DNA of 64,000 nucleotides from an uncultured Gemmatimonadales bacterium. Lineage in GTDB: Bacteria; Gemmatimonadota; Gemmatimonadetes; Longimicrobiales; RSA9. The DNA is taken from assembly GCA_963798855.1 (NCBI GenBank), contig CAWCUU010000001.1:629689-693688 (forward strand). Direction: 5' to 3'. Below are positions 50,605 to 60,224 of the stretch, one piece after another. Every line of letters begins with the position of its first letter. Position 1 is the stretch's first letter. Made by a program: the position numbers and the translations under genes. The notes beneath the pieces were generated by a model. The model ran no database searches. It was not told where the DNA came from and was given only the letters and a program-made list of their open reading frames with translations.

Positions 50605-52290
50605 CTAAAACAACTTGAACGGTTCCGACCCCATCTTCGGAGGCAGGTAGTGGATGAAGAACGGGGCGTACGCGATCAGGATCAGCACGATGGCGACCAC
50701 GGCCAGCAGTCCGAAGCGGTCCAGCTGCAGCGTCCAGCCGGAGGTCGCCGGCGGCGAGATGGTCTCGGTGAGCGGCATCGTCTGCCCCTCCAGACGCCTC
50801 CCGAACAGGATCGTGACGGCGATGACCAGGAAGAACAACATCCCGCTCGCGAACATCAAGCTGCCGCCGACGCCGGTGAGGATCCCGGCCAGGTGCCAGC
50901 TCGGCTTGGAATAGGTCGCGGCGAGGATCATCGTACGGCGCGGCATTCCCTCGAGACCTCCCGAGATCATGCCCCGCGCGAAGATCAGCACGCCGATGAA
51001 ATACAGCCACACCTGCGCCAGCGCGACGCGGCGGCCCCACAGCTCCCGGTCGGTCAGCCACGGGATCAGCCAGTAGGCAATGCCCATGAACGTCAACGCG
51101 ACCGCCGTGCCGACCGTCATGTGGAAATGCCCCGGCACCCAGGCCGTGTTGTGGATCACGCGGTTGATCGCGTAGCTCGCGTTGACCAGTCCCGTGATGC
51201 CGCCCAGCACGAACACCAGCATCGCGAGCAGCTGCGCGGCGAGCGAGGGATCGCCCCAGGGCAGCTTGAAGAACCAGTCCACGACCCCCGTCGCGCCCCG
51301 CTTCCGCCCCGCCAGCTCGAGCGCCGCCAGCAGGCTGAACGCCGTGATCACGCTCGGGAAGAAGACGCCGAATGTCATGGCCCCGTGCACCAGCTTCATC
51401 GTCGAGGAGATACCCGGGTCCGTGTACTGGTGGTGGAAGCCGGTCGGGATCGACAGCAGGATGAAAAGCGCGAAGACGAGACGGGTCAGCGAATCGCTCC
51501 ACAGCTTGCCACCCGCCTGGTGCGGCACCATCGCGTACCAGGACACGTAGGCGGGGAGCAGCCAGAAATAGACGATCGGGTGGCCGCTGAACCAGAACAG
51601 TGTCCGCGTGAGCAGAGGGTCGATGCGGGGGAAAAGGCCGAGCGACCACGGCAGCAGGAACCCGACGACCTCGACCGCGATGCCGACAGAGGCCAGATCC
51701 CACATCACGTACGTCGCGATGGAGATGTAGGACAGCAGCGGGATCCGCTCGCCCGGATGGTCGCGTCGCCACGCCCGCAGCACCAGGAACATGTTCAGCG
51801 ACGTGAGCCATGTGCTGATCACGAGCAGCGCGAGGCCCAGATAGAACGTCCAGTGCGCCTGAAGCGGTGCATAGAAGGTGTAGAGCACGCTGGCGCGCCC
51901 GGTGAACATCGCGAACGCCGCGAGCGCGACGCCGCCCAGAGTCGCCAGCAGCGTCGCCCACAGCAGACCGCCGTTGAGCCGGCGGCCGAACCCGCGGGCC
52001 GTGGTCAGCGACAGGAATCCGTTCGTGAACGTGAAGGTGAGCACGATGGCGTTGAAGACGCCGTGCACGGTCAGACCCTGGTAGTAGGTGCGCATCCCCG
52101 GGAAATACTTGAGGATGTCCACCCCGGCGTAGTTCAGGGCCTGGCCCAGTCCGTTGATGATGCCGACCGCGAGAGCGGCGAAGCCGATGTAGATCATCCA
52201 GCGGATGATCGCCCGCTGATCGTGCGGCAGCGCGAACGGCTCCGGCGTCTCCGCGACGGGGCTTCCGGGGTAGACGCTGGTCGTGCTCAT
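50605..52290 (-). CDS. cbaA: Cytochrome c oxidase subunit I, B-family (ba3-type)
   Basis: YQGLTVHGVFNAIV, LFWFSGHPIVYFWLLPAY (CuB His and cross-linked Tyr region), HHQYTD, WVPGHFHMTVGTAV. 561 aa. ATGA-type 4-nt overlap with subunit II. Confidence 0.93.
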   Translation of the reverse strand: MSTTSVYPGSPVAETPEPFALPHDQRAIIRWMIYIGFAALAVGIINGLGQALNYAGVDILKYFPGMRTYYQGLTVHGVFNAIVLTFTFTNGFLSLTTARGFGRRLNGGLLWATLLATLGGVALAAFAMFTGRASVLYTFYAPLQAHWTFYLGLALLVISTWLTSLNMFLVLRAWRRDHPGERIPLLSYISIATYVMWDLASVGIAVEVVGFLLPWSLGLFPRIDPLLTRTLFWFSGHPIVYFWLLPAYVSWYAMVPHQAGGKLWSDSLTRLVFALFILLSIPTGFHHQYTDPGISSTMKLVHGAMTFGVFFPSVITAFSLLAALELAGRKRGATGVVDWFFKLPWGDPSLAAQLLAMLVFVLGGITGLVNASYAINRVIHNTAWVPGHFHMTVGTAVALTFMGIAYWLIPWLTDRELWGRRVALAQVWLYFIGVLIFARGMISGGLEGMPRRTMILAATYSKPSWHLAGILTGVGGSLMFASGMLFFLVIAVTILFGRRLEGQTMPLTETISPPATSGWTLQLDRFGLLAVVAIVLILIAYAPFFIHYLPPKMGSEPFKLF

Positions 52291-52757
52291 TGGACGATCA
52301 CCCCCCCCGACATGGTGTGGTGGCCCAGGCCGCAGTACTCGTGGCAGATCAGCAGGTGCTCACCCGCCTCGTCGAAGTGGTAGGTGAGCTCGCTGACCTG
52401 GCCCGGGATCAGCATCATGTTCACGCGCGTGCCATCCAGCTCGAAGCCGTGGATCACATCCGCCGACGTCGCGATGAAGCGCACCTCTGAGCCGGCGGGG
52501 ATGCGGATCTCCGCGGGCCGGAACGACCATGCCTGCCCGATCACCACCACGTCGTACTGGTTCGGCCCCCGCTGGTGCACGCCGGGATCGTCGAAGGGCG
52601 GCGTGGTGGACAGCTTCGAGACGTCCACCGTCCCGTGCGCCGTCGGCACGCTGATCCCCATCGCGTAGGCCGAGTAGAGCAGCGCGAGGAAGAAGACGAC
52701 CAGCAGCCCGGCGGCCACCTTCAGGAACGCCCTCTCGTATCTCTCCACGTTTCCCAT
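52287..52757 (-). CDS. cbaB: Cytochrome c oxidase subunit II, ba3-type (single TM helix plus CuA domain)
   Basis: CuA ligands: VIHGF ... CHEYCGLGHHTM. 156 aa with one N-terminal TM helix. Confidence 0.9.
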   Translation of the reverse strand: MGNVERYERAFLKVAAGLLVVFFLALLYSAYAMGISVPTAHGTVDVSKLSTTPPFDDPGVHQRGPNQYDVVVIGQAWSFRPAEIRIPAGSEVRFIATSADVIHGFELDGTRVNMMLIPGQVSELTYHFDEAGEHLLICHEYCGLGHHTMSGGVIVQ

Positions 52758-52761
52758 GGTC

Positions 52762-52902
52762 TTACCGCTCCAGCAGGATCCAGTACATGGTGCCCCAGAT
52801 CGCCACCATGAGAATCAGGAAGAGGGCGCCGAAGAACAGCGTGCCTCGAGGGGTGAAATCCCGCTCGTCGGTAGGAACCGATTCGGTCGGATCGGGCTTC
52901 AC
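52762..52902 (-). CDS. cbaD: Cytochrome ba3 oxidase subunit IIa-like single-helix protein (46 aa, not in the supplied ORF track)
   Basis: Hand-translated from the minus strand: (GTG)M-KPDPTESVPTDERDFTPRGTLFFGALFLILMVAIWGTMYWILLER-TAA. GGGAGG Shine-Dalgarno 7 nt upstream of the GTG at 52902 (an alternative GTG lies at 52905). The stop is 4 nt before the cbaB ATG. Confidence 0.65.
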   Translation of the reverse strand: MKPDPTESVPTDERDFTPRGTLFFGALFLILMVAIWGTMYWILLER

Positions 52903-52945
52903 CACGCCACCTCCCTTCGTTGGGGGTTCTGGCCTCGGACCGGAC

Positions 52946-53179
52946 TCAACCCCGGCCGGGGCGGCCCAGTCGCCGGGCCACCAGCGTCAGCGCACCGAGC
53001 AGTGCGCCCAGCAGCACGATCGCGGCGATGAGCAGGGGGCCGTGCGGGCGGCCGAGCAGTGCCTCGCTCAGCTCGTGCCAGATGAACCCGGCCGCGGGCC
53101 CGGCAATGACCAGCGTGGCGATCAGATAGATCATGATCCGTCGGGGGTCGCCCCCCGGAGCGTTGTCGGTCTCGGGCAT
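52946..53179 (-). CDS. Small two-TM membrane protein, first gene of the oxidase operon
   Basis: GGAG 5 nt upstream of the ATG at 53179. IMIYLIATLVIAGPAAGFIW and LLIAAIVLLGALLGALTLVA helices. No family recognised. Confidence 0.45.
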   Translation of the reverse strand: MPETDNAPGGDPRRIMIYLIATLVIAGPAAGFIWHELSEALLGRPHGPLLIAAIVLLGALLGALTLVARRLGRPGRG

Positions 53180-53244
53180 TCGGCTCCGTCCGGTTGGAGA
53201 TCGCTCGAAGGCGGAAGGCTAAACGGCGGAGCCTGCGTCTGCCG

Positions 53245-53317
53245 TAGGGAAGATTCCGATTCTGCGTGCGTAGGGACTCCTCCTGTCGGAAATGCCCTGT
53301 CGGGATTATTCCTACGG
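53245..53317. promoter_or_regulatory. Three spaced GGGA-N4-TCC/TTCC sites (two flanked by CCGTAGG) in the divergent oxidase / two-component promoter region
   Basis: ccgTAGGGAAGATTCCga (53247-53257 core), cgTAGGGACTCCTCCtg (53273-), cGGGATTATTCCTACgg (53302-53312 core; its CCGTAGGAA lies on the opposite strand). Spaced ~26-29 nt apart. Confidence 0.35.
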
Positions 53318-53430
53318 TAATTCCGGCCCGCCCCGACTGCGAGGGCTTCGCGGAAGGCGGATCTTCCTCGGGTGTTGCCGTGGATCGCTTCGACCGACGA
53401 CCGAACGACCGGGGAAATGAACGGGCCAGA

Positions 53431-54537
53431 GTGACGGATAAGGATCTTCCACCGCTACCGCAAGCGGCGACCGCGGAGGCGTCAACCGCCTCCGCTTTGC
53501 CTGCGCCGGTGCGCGCTCTGCTCGGGATCCCGCTGTTCTGGAAGGTCCTGGTCGCGAATGCTGCGCTGGTCGTTGCCTCCGCGGGGGCGGGCGCGCTGCT
53601 GACGGCGCGCCTCGAGCGCGCCGAGCCGGGGGCGTCCGCGGTCACGCTCGCGCTGTGGATCGCCGGAATCGCGCTGGTGCTGTCGCTTCTCGTGAATGGC
53701 GTGATCGTCTGGGTGGCCCTGCGGCCGCTGAGGAACCTCGAGGCGACGGCGTCGCGGGTGCGCGCGGGCGACGCGGAGGCGCGGGTACCGCTTTCTCCGC
53801 TGGCGGATCGAGACCTCTGCCGCCTGATGCGGACGTTCAACGCGATGCTGGACGGCCTGTCCGTCTATCGCGGCCGACTCCGCGAGATCGCGGCTCGCGC
53901 GCTCGACGCCGGCGAGGAGGAGCGGAAGCGGATCGCGCGCGAGCTCCACGACGAGACGGCGCAGAGTCTCGCCGGTCTGATGCTCCGGCTGCGGCTCGCG
54001 CGGGCGACGAAGGACGAGGAGGCGCGTCAGCGTGTCCTCGACACGGTCCGCGACGAGCTGGCGATTGCGGCCGAGCGCGTACGGGAGATCGCCATGGGGC
54101 TGCGGCCGCCGGCGCTCGAAATGCTCGGCCTGGGCGCGGCCTTGCGCTCCTACGCCGCCACGGTCGCCGACACGGCCCGTGTCGATATCGACGTGCGCGC
54201 CGAGGACGTGCGCGGACTGATCAGCGAGGAGGCCGAGCTGGCCGTTTACCGGATCGTGCAGGCGGCGCTTTCGAACGTGGCGCGCCACGCAAGCGCCCGG
54301 CATGCCCACGTTTCGCTGCACCCGCGGGATGGAGTCGTGCAGGTCCGCGTCGACGACGATGGCTGCGGCTTCGATGTCGATGAAGTGCTCGCCGCACCCG
54401 ACGCGGGTCTCGGCCTCGCGGGCATGCAGGAGCGGGCTGCCTACCTGGCGGGGCACGTGCACATACGCAGCGAGCCGGGGCGGGGTACACGGATCGAGGT
54501 CGAGATCCCCTATCAGGAGACTGTGGCACATGCCTGA
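53431..54537 (+). CDS. Sensor histidine kinase, HAMP plus HisKA_3 (NarX/DegS/LiaS-type) plus HATPase
   Basis: Two TM helices, a HAMP-like linker (LRPLRNLEATASRVRAGDAEARV...), the H-box EERKRIARELHDETAQSLAG, and the ATPase domain (GCGFD, GLGLAGMQERA). Start uncertain: GTG at 53431 chosen; the track ORF begins at 53266. Confidence 0.85.
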   Translation: MTDKDLPPLPQAATAEASTASALPAPVRALLGIPLFWKVLVANAALVVASAGAGALLTARLERAEPGASAVTLALWIAGIALVLSLLVNGVIVWVALRPLRNLEATASRVRAGDAEARVPLSPLADRDLCRLMRTFNAMLDGLSVYRGRLREIAARALDAGEEERKRIARELHDETAQSLAGLMLRLRLARATKDEEARQRVLDTVRDELAIAAERVREIAMGLRPPALEMLGLGAALRSYAATVADTARVDIDVRAEDVRGLISEEAELAVYRIVQAALSNVARHASARHAHVSLHPRDGVVQVRVDDDGCGFDVDEVLAAPDAGLGLAGMQERAAYLAGHVHIRSEPGRGTRIEVEIPYQETVAHA

Positions 54538-55186
54538 TGCGATTCGCATTCTGATCGCCGACGACCACGCCGTGCTGCGCGCGGGGCTGAAGGCGTTGCT
54601 CGAGTCCGAGGAGGACCTGCGCGTCGTCGGCGAGGCGTCGAACGGTCGCGAGGCCGTCGAGAAGACGCAGCAGATGAAGCCGGACATCGTCGTGATGGAT
54701 CTGTCGATGCCCGAGCTGGACGGCCTCGAGGCGACGAAGGAGATCGCTGCGCTCAAGCAGGGGACTCGCGTGCTCGTCCTGACGATGCACGCCGAGGAGG
54801 AGTACCTGCTTCCGGTCCTCGAGGCTGGAGGCAGCGGCTACGTTCGCAAGACCAGTGCGGATGAGGATCTCACGAACGCGATCCGCACGGTGGCGCGCGA
54901 CGAGGTCTTCCTCTATCCCAACGCCGCAAAGCTGCTGCTGCAGGGCTACCGCGTGAAGCGGCAGCCCAAGGAGGAGGATCCGCTCGAGAGGCTCAGTGAC
55001 CGCGAGCGCGATGTGATGGCGATGACCGCCGAGGGTTTCACCTCCAGCGAGATCGGTGAGAAGCTGTTCATCTCGCCGAAGACGGTCGACACCTACCGCT
55101 CCCGCATCATGGAGAAGCTGAGCCTCAATCACCGCTCGGAGCTGGTGCGCTTCGCGCTGCAGGCGGGGCTGCTGAAGCGCGAGTAG
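54530..55186 (+). CDS. NarL/FixJ-family response regulator (REC plus LuxR-type HTH)
   Basis: The ATG at 54530 overlaps the kinase gene by 8 nt. IRILIADDHAVLRAGL...DIVVMDLSMPELDG...LSDRERDVMAMTAEGFTSSEIGEKLFISPKTVDTYRSRIMEKL. Confidence 0.93.
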   Translation: MPDAIRILIADDHAVLRAGLKALLESEEDLRVVGEASNGREAVEKTQQMKPDIVVMDLSMPELDGLEATKEIAALKQGTRVLVLTMHAEEEYLLPVLEAGGSGYVRKTSADEDLTNAIRTVARDEVFLYPNAAKLLLQGYRVKRQPKEEDPLERLSDRERDVMAMTAEGFTSSEIGEKLFISPKTVDTYRSRIMEKLSLNHRSELVRFALQAGLLKRE

Positions 55187-55420
55187 GTTCGCGGCGCAGG
55201 CATCGCGCCGAGATACCTCGCCTCCGCGGAGACGCTGGCGGATCGTGCGCGACGACTCTACCTTCCCGCGTCGCACATGTCCGCATCATTCGCCCCTCTC
55301 CATTCGCCCGGGGCGCGCCTGCCGCGCCCGAGCCCGCTGCGGCTGCCGCGGTCGCTGCGTCGCACGAATCGTCCGCCCGTGCGGATGCCGCCCCGCTAGA
55401 GGCGGCGACGTCGCAAGCGC

Positions 55421-57136
55421 ATGAGCGAAGCCGCCCTTCCCGCACTGCTCGTCGGCCTGGGTCTGTTGAGCGCCGCAATCCTGTTCGTCTCCTGGCGCAA
55501 GCGCCGGCGCGTGGAGGCCTCGCTGCGCTTCTCCGAGGCGAAGTTCGCGGGCATGGTCGCGATTTCGACCGACGCGATCATCTCCGTCGATGAGTCGCAG
55601 AGGATCACGGACTTCAACAGTGGCGCCGAGCAGATCTTCGGCTACCCGGCTTCCGAGGTCCTCGGCGAGCCTCTTTCCATGCTCATTCCCGATCGATTCC
55701 GCGCGGCCCACGCCGGGCACGTCGCCTCCTTTGCTGAAAGTCCGGTCGCCGCCCGCAGAATGGGGGACAGGCGCGACGTGGACATCCGCGGCGTTCGTCG
55801 CAGCGGCGAGGAGTTCCCCGCCGAGGCGTCGATCTCGAAGCTTTCGATCGGGGGCCGACGCGTGTACACGGTCGTGCTGCGCGACATCACGCTCAGGCGC
55901 CGCAGAGAGGAGGGCCAGCGCTTCCTCGCCCGGGCCGGCGCCCTGCTGGCCGGGTCGCTCGACTATCAGGAGACGCTCCAGACCGTCGCCGACCTTGCCG
56001 TCGCCCATCTGGCGGACCTGTGCGTGATCTTCATGCTCGACGACCATGGTGCGCTGCGCCGCGCCCACGCCGCGCACCGCGACCCGGACCATGCCGAGAG
56101 CATCCAGCGGCTGCTCCGCTTCCCTCCACTGGAAGCCCCGCACCCGGGGCGTACCGCGGTGGACACGGGTCGGCTACAGCTGCTGTCGGAGGTGCCGGAG
56201 ACGCTGCTCGAGAGCCTTTCCGAGGACGGGCTCGGCGACCTGCTGAGGCAGCTCGGCGCCGGCTCCGCCGTGATCGCGCCCCTGGTCGCCCGCGGCGCGA
56301 CCCGCGGAGCGCTCGAGTTCGTGTCGGCGGAAAGGGGCCGCTATGGCGAGGATGATGCTGCGCTCGTCGAGGAGCTCGCGCGTCGCGCGGCGCTGGCGCT
56401 CGACAACGCCCGTCTCTATAGCGAGGCCCAGCAGGCGATCAGCGCCCGCAACGAGGTGCTCTCGGTCGTTTCACACGACCTCGGGAACCCGCTGAGCGCG
56501 ATCTTCATTGGCACGCGGCTGTTGCTCCGCAGCGTGCCGGAGTCTGAGCGCGGGCGGGGGGGGTGGGAGCACCTCGAGAGCATCCGTCATTCCGCCGAGC
56601 AGATGCAGACGCTGATCGACGATCTGCTCGAGGTCCAGCGCATCGAGTCCGGCAAGCTCAGCCTCGAATGGGACCGATACAGCGCGCAGGCGCTCGTCTC
56701 GGAGTCCGTCGCCCGCATCTCTCCACTCGCCTCCGATCGCTCCCTCTCTCTCGTCGTCGAGCTGCCGCCCCACCTGCCGCCCGTGCGCGGCGATCGAGAC
56801 CGTATCCTGCAGGTCTTCGGCAATCTGCTCGGCAACGCGGTGAAGTTCACGCCGGAGGGGGGGCGCATCCGCATCCGCGCGGAGCGCGAAGGGAGCTCCT
56901 TCATCCGCTTTTCCGTCGCGGATACCGGCACGGGCGTCCCGCCGGACCAGCTACCGCACATCTTCGACCGATTCTGGCAGGCGCGGCGCACCGGAAAGCG
57001 GGGTGCGGGACTCGGCCTCGCGATCGCTCGCGGGATCGTCGAGGCGCACGGCGGGGACATCCGTGCCGAATCCGAGGCGGGCCGAGGCACGGTCCTTTCC
57101 TTCACCATCCCGCTCGCTTCTGCGGCCGGGGAGTAG
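55421..57136 (+). CDS. PAS-GAF-HisKA-HATPase sensor histidine kinase (one N-terminal TM helix)
   Basis: PAS ([34 protein letters not shown]...), a GAF-like middle region, H-box [18 protein letters not shown] boxes ([34 protein letters not shown]). Confidence 0.88.
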   Translation: MSEAALPALLVGLGLLSAAILFVSWRKRRRVEASLRFSEAKFAGMVAISTDAIISVDESQRITDFNSGAEQIFGYPASEVLGEPLSMLIPDRFRAAHAGHVASFAESPVAARRMGDRRDVDIRGVRRSGEEFPAEASISKLSIGGRRVYTVVLRDITLRRRREEGQRFLARAGALLAGSLDYQETLQTVADLAVAHLADLCVIFMLDDHGALRRAHAAHRDPDHAESIQRLLRFPPLEAPHPGRTAVDTGRLQLLSEVPETLLESLSEDGLGDLLRQLGAGSAVIAPLVARGATRGALEFVSAERGRYGEDDAALVEELARRAALALDNARLYSEAQQAISARNEVLSVVSHDLGNPLSAIFIGTRLLLRSVPESERGRGGWEHLESIRHSAEQMQTLIDDLLEVQRIESGKLSLEWDRYSAQALVSESVARISPLASDRSLSLVVELPPHLPPVRGDRDRILQVFGNLLGNAVKFTPEGGRIRIRAEREGSSFIRFSVADTGTGVPPDQLPHIFDRFWQARRTGKRGAGLGLAIARGIVEAHGGDIRAESEAGRGTVLSFTIPLASAAGE

Positions 57137-57402
57137 CCCGCAGGGACCGTGTGGTGAAGGACCGTACGTGCGCACCGGTCGCGCCGCAGTAGGGAAGAGC
57201 CCCACAGCCGAAATCACCCAACGTCCCACAGCGATTCCGACTTTTCCCGGCATTTTCGGGCTCGGGCCGCGCCTAGCTTCGTTTCGAGCCACTGGCGAAG
57301 GGGTGCCGTTGCCTTCGCCCTACCGCCGGCTCGTCGAGATCCCGCGGAGGGACCGCAGGAATGACGGGCAGCACACCGGCGGCTCAGATCTGGAGGTCGA
57401 CG

Positions 57403-58314
57403 ATGGGTCTTCACGTGTTGGCGGTTTCGGATGGCCGCCCTGCGAGCGAGGGTGCGCTGCGGCTTGCCGCGGCACTGGCCGCTCGCGAGGGCGTAAGGCC
57501 GCGAGCGCTGGCCCTGCTTCAGCCGTTGCCGGTTCCGGAGCTGGTCGCGACGGGTCTGCCGCACGTCGAAGAGGTGGAGCGCGCCCGAGCCGCCGAGGTC
57601 GCGGCTCGCGTGCGGCAGCAGGCCGAAGACCTGAACGGTGGCGTCTCCTGGCACGTCTCCGTCTGCCGTGGCTCGATCGGGGAAGCGCTGGAGCAAGCGA
57701 ATCGACACCACGTGGACCTGGTGGTCGTTCCCCGCAACGGCTGTGAGCGTTTCTCCGGGTGCGGCGGCGAGCTGCTGGCCCTCGCCCGTGCCTCCCACGT
57801 CCCCGTCGTGCTCGCCGCCTCCGATGTCACCGGGCTTCCGAGCCAGGGCGTGGTCGGCCTCGACTTCGGTCCCACGACCCTGAGGCTCGCACGCACCGCC
57901 GCGCTGCTGATGGGGGATCCCGGTCGCCTGCGGCTGACCCATGTCATGCCTCGTCTCGACTTCCCGGCCGCCTCGTTGTGGGGCTGGAACGACTCCTACG
58001 CCGGCGCGTTGCCGGCGCAGTTCCGGCGCCTGCGGGACGAGCTGGCTCCGATCGCCGGGCTCGAGCTGGAGGAGACGGTGCTCGAGGGCGACCCGGTCAC
58101 CAGCCTGCTCGGGCTGGCAAAGGATGACTCAGCCGATCTGCTCGCTCTCGGCAGCGTCGCCTACACCTACCGCGAGCGCGTCACGTATTGCGGAGTGCCA
58201 TCCGAGTTGGCCCGCCGCTTCAGTGGAGCGGTGCTCCTCGTCCCGCCGCGCGCGCGACCGTTGAAGCACGGGCGCGGCGAGCGCATCGACGGTCAGGAGA
58301 CCGTGGCGGCCTGA
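57403..58314 (+). CDS. Tandem universal stress protein (UspA-family) domains
   Basis: GGAGG Shine-Dalgarno before the ATG at 57403. Two repeats with USP-like ends (DLVVVPRNG...LARASHVPVVL and DLLALGS...LARRFSGAVLLVP). Divergent, so moderate confidence. Confidence 0.6.
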   Translation: MGLHVLAVSDGRPASEGALRLAAALAAREGVRPRALALLQPLPVPELVATGLPHVEEVERARAAEVAARVRQQAEDLNGGVSWHVSVCRGSIGEALEQANRHHVDLVVVPRNGCERFSGCGGELLALARASHVPVVLAASDVTGLPSQGVVGLDFGPTTLRLARTAALLMGDPGRLRLTHVMPRLDFPAASLWGWNDSYAGALPAQFRRLRDELAPIAGLELEETVLEGDPVTSLLGLAKDDSADLLALGSVAYTYRERVTYCGVPSELARRFSGAVLLVPPRARPLKHGRGERIDGQETVAA

Positions 58315-58502
58315 TGGCGATCGCCGCCGCGGGGTAGGCCTAGGCTCGCCCGCAAAGCCCCGGCCCCGACGCCGCCATGGGGTCCTGCGCCCGACGGTTG
58401 CAGGCGCCAGCGAGGCGGCGATCCGCCGCAACCCGCCGGTTTGCCTACGACCCGGGCGAGGTCTATCTTGCCGCACCCGTTCCACGTTCAACCCCTACCC
58501 GA

Positions 58503-59018
58503 ATGACCGAGGAGTCCCGCGGCCCCCTTCAGAGTCGAGCGGAGCGCTTCCTGGCTCGGCGACGAGCCCGGCTGGAGCGTCTGCTCGGACGTCCGCTCCC
58601 GCCGGCGCGGGGAGCGCACGTGCCACTCGACCGCCGCCGCTTTCTCGTTGAGGAGGCGCAGGAGTTGTACTGGAACGAGCTGGCGTGGGAGGCGCTGACG
58701 GCGGAGGAGCGCGAGAGCGGCAGTGAGCTGGTCGAGCTGACCTTTCCCGGCTTCCTCACCTTCGTCGACGGACTGCTCCTCAAGGAAGTGATGCCCGACT
58801 CGCCGTCGCCGCCGACTCCGCGGCCCCAGGTCGTCGAGGACATCCTGCTCTTCCTGGCGGAGCGCCGAATCGAGCGCGAGGGTGCGGCCGGTGCCGAGGA
58901 CGTCTTCGCGCTGCAGGCGACAGACCGACTGCTCGACCTGGTCCTCTACCGGCTGCACATGATCCCGGTCCAGACGGTGGACCGCCTCGAGCTGTCGGCG
59001 GCCGACGGGGAGGACTGA
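58503..59018 (+). CDS. Hypothetical protein (171 aa)
   Basis: Coding-like composition. The stop lies 1 nt before the next gene's GTG start. No family recognised (…YWNELAWEALTAEERESGSELVELTFPGFLTFVDGLLLKEV…). Confidence 0.45.
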   Translation: MTEESRGPLQSRAERFLARRRARLERLLGRPLPPARGAHVPLDRRRFLVEEAQELYWNELAWEALTAEERESGSELVELTFPGFLTFVDGLLLKEVMPDSPSPPTPRPQVVEDILLFLAERRIEREGAAGAEDVFALQATDRLLDLVLYRLHMIPVQTVDRLELSAADGED

Positions 59019-59019
59019 C

Positions 59020-59859
59020 GTGAGCTCGGGGCTGCCCGCGCCGCCCCAGCTGATCGCGCACCGCGGCGGCGCCGGCCTGGCGCCCGAGAACACCCTCGCG
59101 GCCTTCCTCGACGCCGTCGAGCGTTGGCAGGCCGACCTCATCGAGCTCGATGTCCGCCTGACGGCCGATGGCCGCTGCGTCGTGATCCACGACGCGCGCG
59201 TGGACCGCACAACCGACGGCACGGGCGACGTCGCCTCCCTTCCGTTCGCGGCGATCCGCGAGCTCGACGCGGGCTACTCGTTCACCCCCGACGGCGGCGC
59301 GACGCACCCCTTCCGGGGACGGGCCGTCCGCGTTCCGGCCTTCGATGAGGTTCTCGACGCGGTGCCACCGCACACGCCGCTGATCGTCGAGATCAAGACC
59401 GTGGAGGCGCAGCGGCCCACGCTCGAGTCGATCCGCCGCTGCGGTGCGGAGCACCGCGTGATCCCGGCCTCCGAGCGCGCGGCCTGCCTGCGGCTCTTTC
59501 GGGACTATCCGGGAGCCACGAGCGCGCCGCTCGAGGACATCCGTCGCTTCTACATCCAGCACCGGCTGCACCTCGCGCATTGGGCCCGACCCCACTTCCG
59601 GACCTGTCAGCTGCCGGAGCGCTACGGCACGCTGCGGCTGATCACGCCGCGATTCGTCCACGATCTGCATCGTCACGGCGTTCAGCTATCCGTCTGGACG
59701 GTGAACGATCCATCCGACATGGACCGCCTGCTGGATTGGGGTGTCGACGGCCTCATCACGGATCGGCCGGACGTTCTCGCGAAGCTGCTCGTGGAGCGGT
59801 CGGGACGCCCTCCGCCACCGGGGCTCGACCGCCCCGTCGCGCCTTCCGAAAGGGAATAG
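59020..59859 (+). CDS. Glycerophosphodiester phosphodiesterase family protein
   Basis: LIAHRGGAGLAPENTLAAF...ADLIELDVRLTADGRCVVIHDARVDRTTDGTG...VWTVN are the GDPD motifs. Confidence 0.88.
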   Translation: MSSGLPAPPQLIAHRGGAGLAPENTLAAFLDAVERWQADLIELDVRLTADGRCVVIHDARVDRTTDGTGDVASLPFAAIRELDAGYSFTPDGGATHPFRGRAVRVPAFDEVLDAVPPHTPLIVEIKTVEAQRPTLESIRRCGAEHRVIPASERAACLRLFRDYPGATSAPLEDIRRFYIQHRLHLAHWARPHFRTCQLPERYGTLRLITPRFVHDLHRHGVQLSVWTVNDPSDMDRLLDWGVDGLITDRPDVLAKLLVERSGRPPPPGLDRPVAPSERE

Positions 59860-59946
59860 AAGTTGCTATCTTGCGAAGACCGACGATCGTGCCAATGGCC
59901 GCGCTTCCGGGTCCGGGAGGCGGCCCTTTCATTCTCGAGGTGAGAC

Positions 59947-60216
59947 ATGAGCCCCTACGACGCGTCGTTCGAGGAGGGGTGGGGCGTTCCGGCGGAGGTG
60001 CCGTCGGCCTCAGCTCATGCGGATGCGGTCGAGCGCGGAGATGTGGTTCCGGCCCCACGCTACCGGACGCCCGCGCCGCAATCGGGTGAGAATGCGGAGC
60101 CGCGCGCGCCGTACCTGCCGTGGTACGAGTGGCGCAAGCAAGGGCCGCGCGGTCGTGCCCTCTACTTGCCCGCGCCGGAGGCTCCGGTCATACCCGAGGA
60201 GCCGGGGACGTCCTGA
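59947..60216 (+). CDS. Hypothetical 89-aa Pro-rich protein
   Basis: GAGGTGA Shine-Dalgarno before the ATG at 59947. No family recognised. Confidence 0.35.
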   Translation: MSPYDASFEEGWGVPAEVPSASAHADAVERGDVVPAPRYRTPAPQSGENAEPRAPYLPWYEWRKQGPRGRALYLPAPEAPVIPEEPGTS

Positions 60217-60224
60217 ACGAACGG

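Noticed and set aside
55187-55420. A possible hairpin or terminator (GTGCGCGACG...CGCGTCGCAC) between the response regulator and the PAS-GAF kinase genes.
   Set aside because: The arms are only partially complementary and no U-tract follows. This is not distinguishable from chance palindromes in GC-rich DNA.
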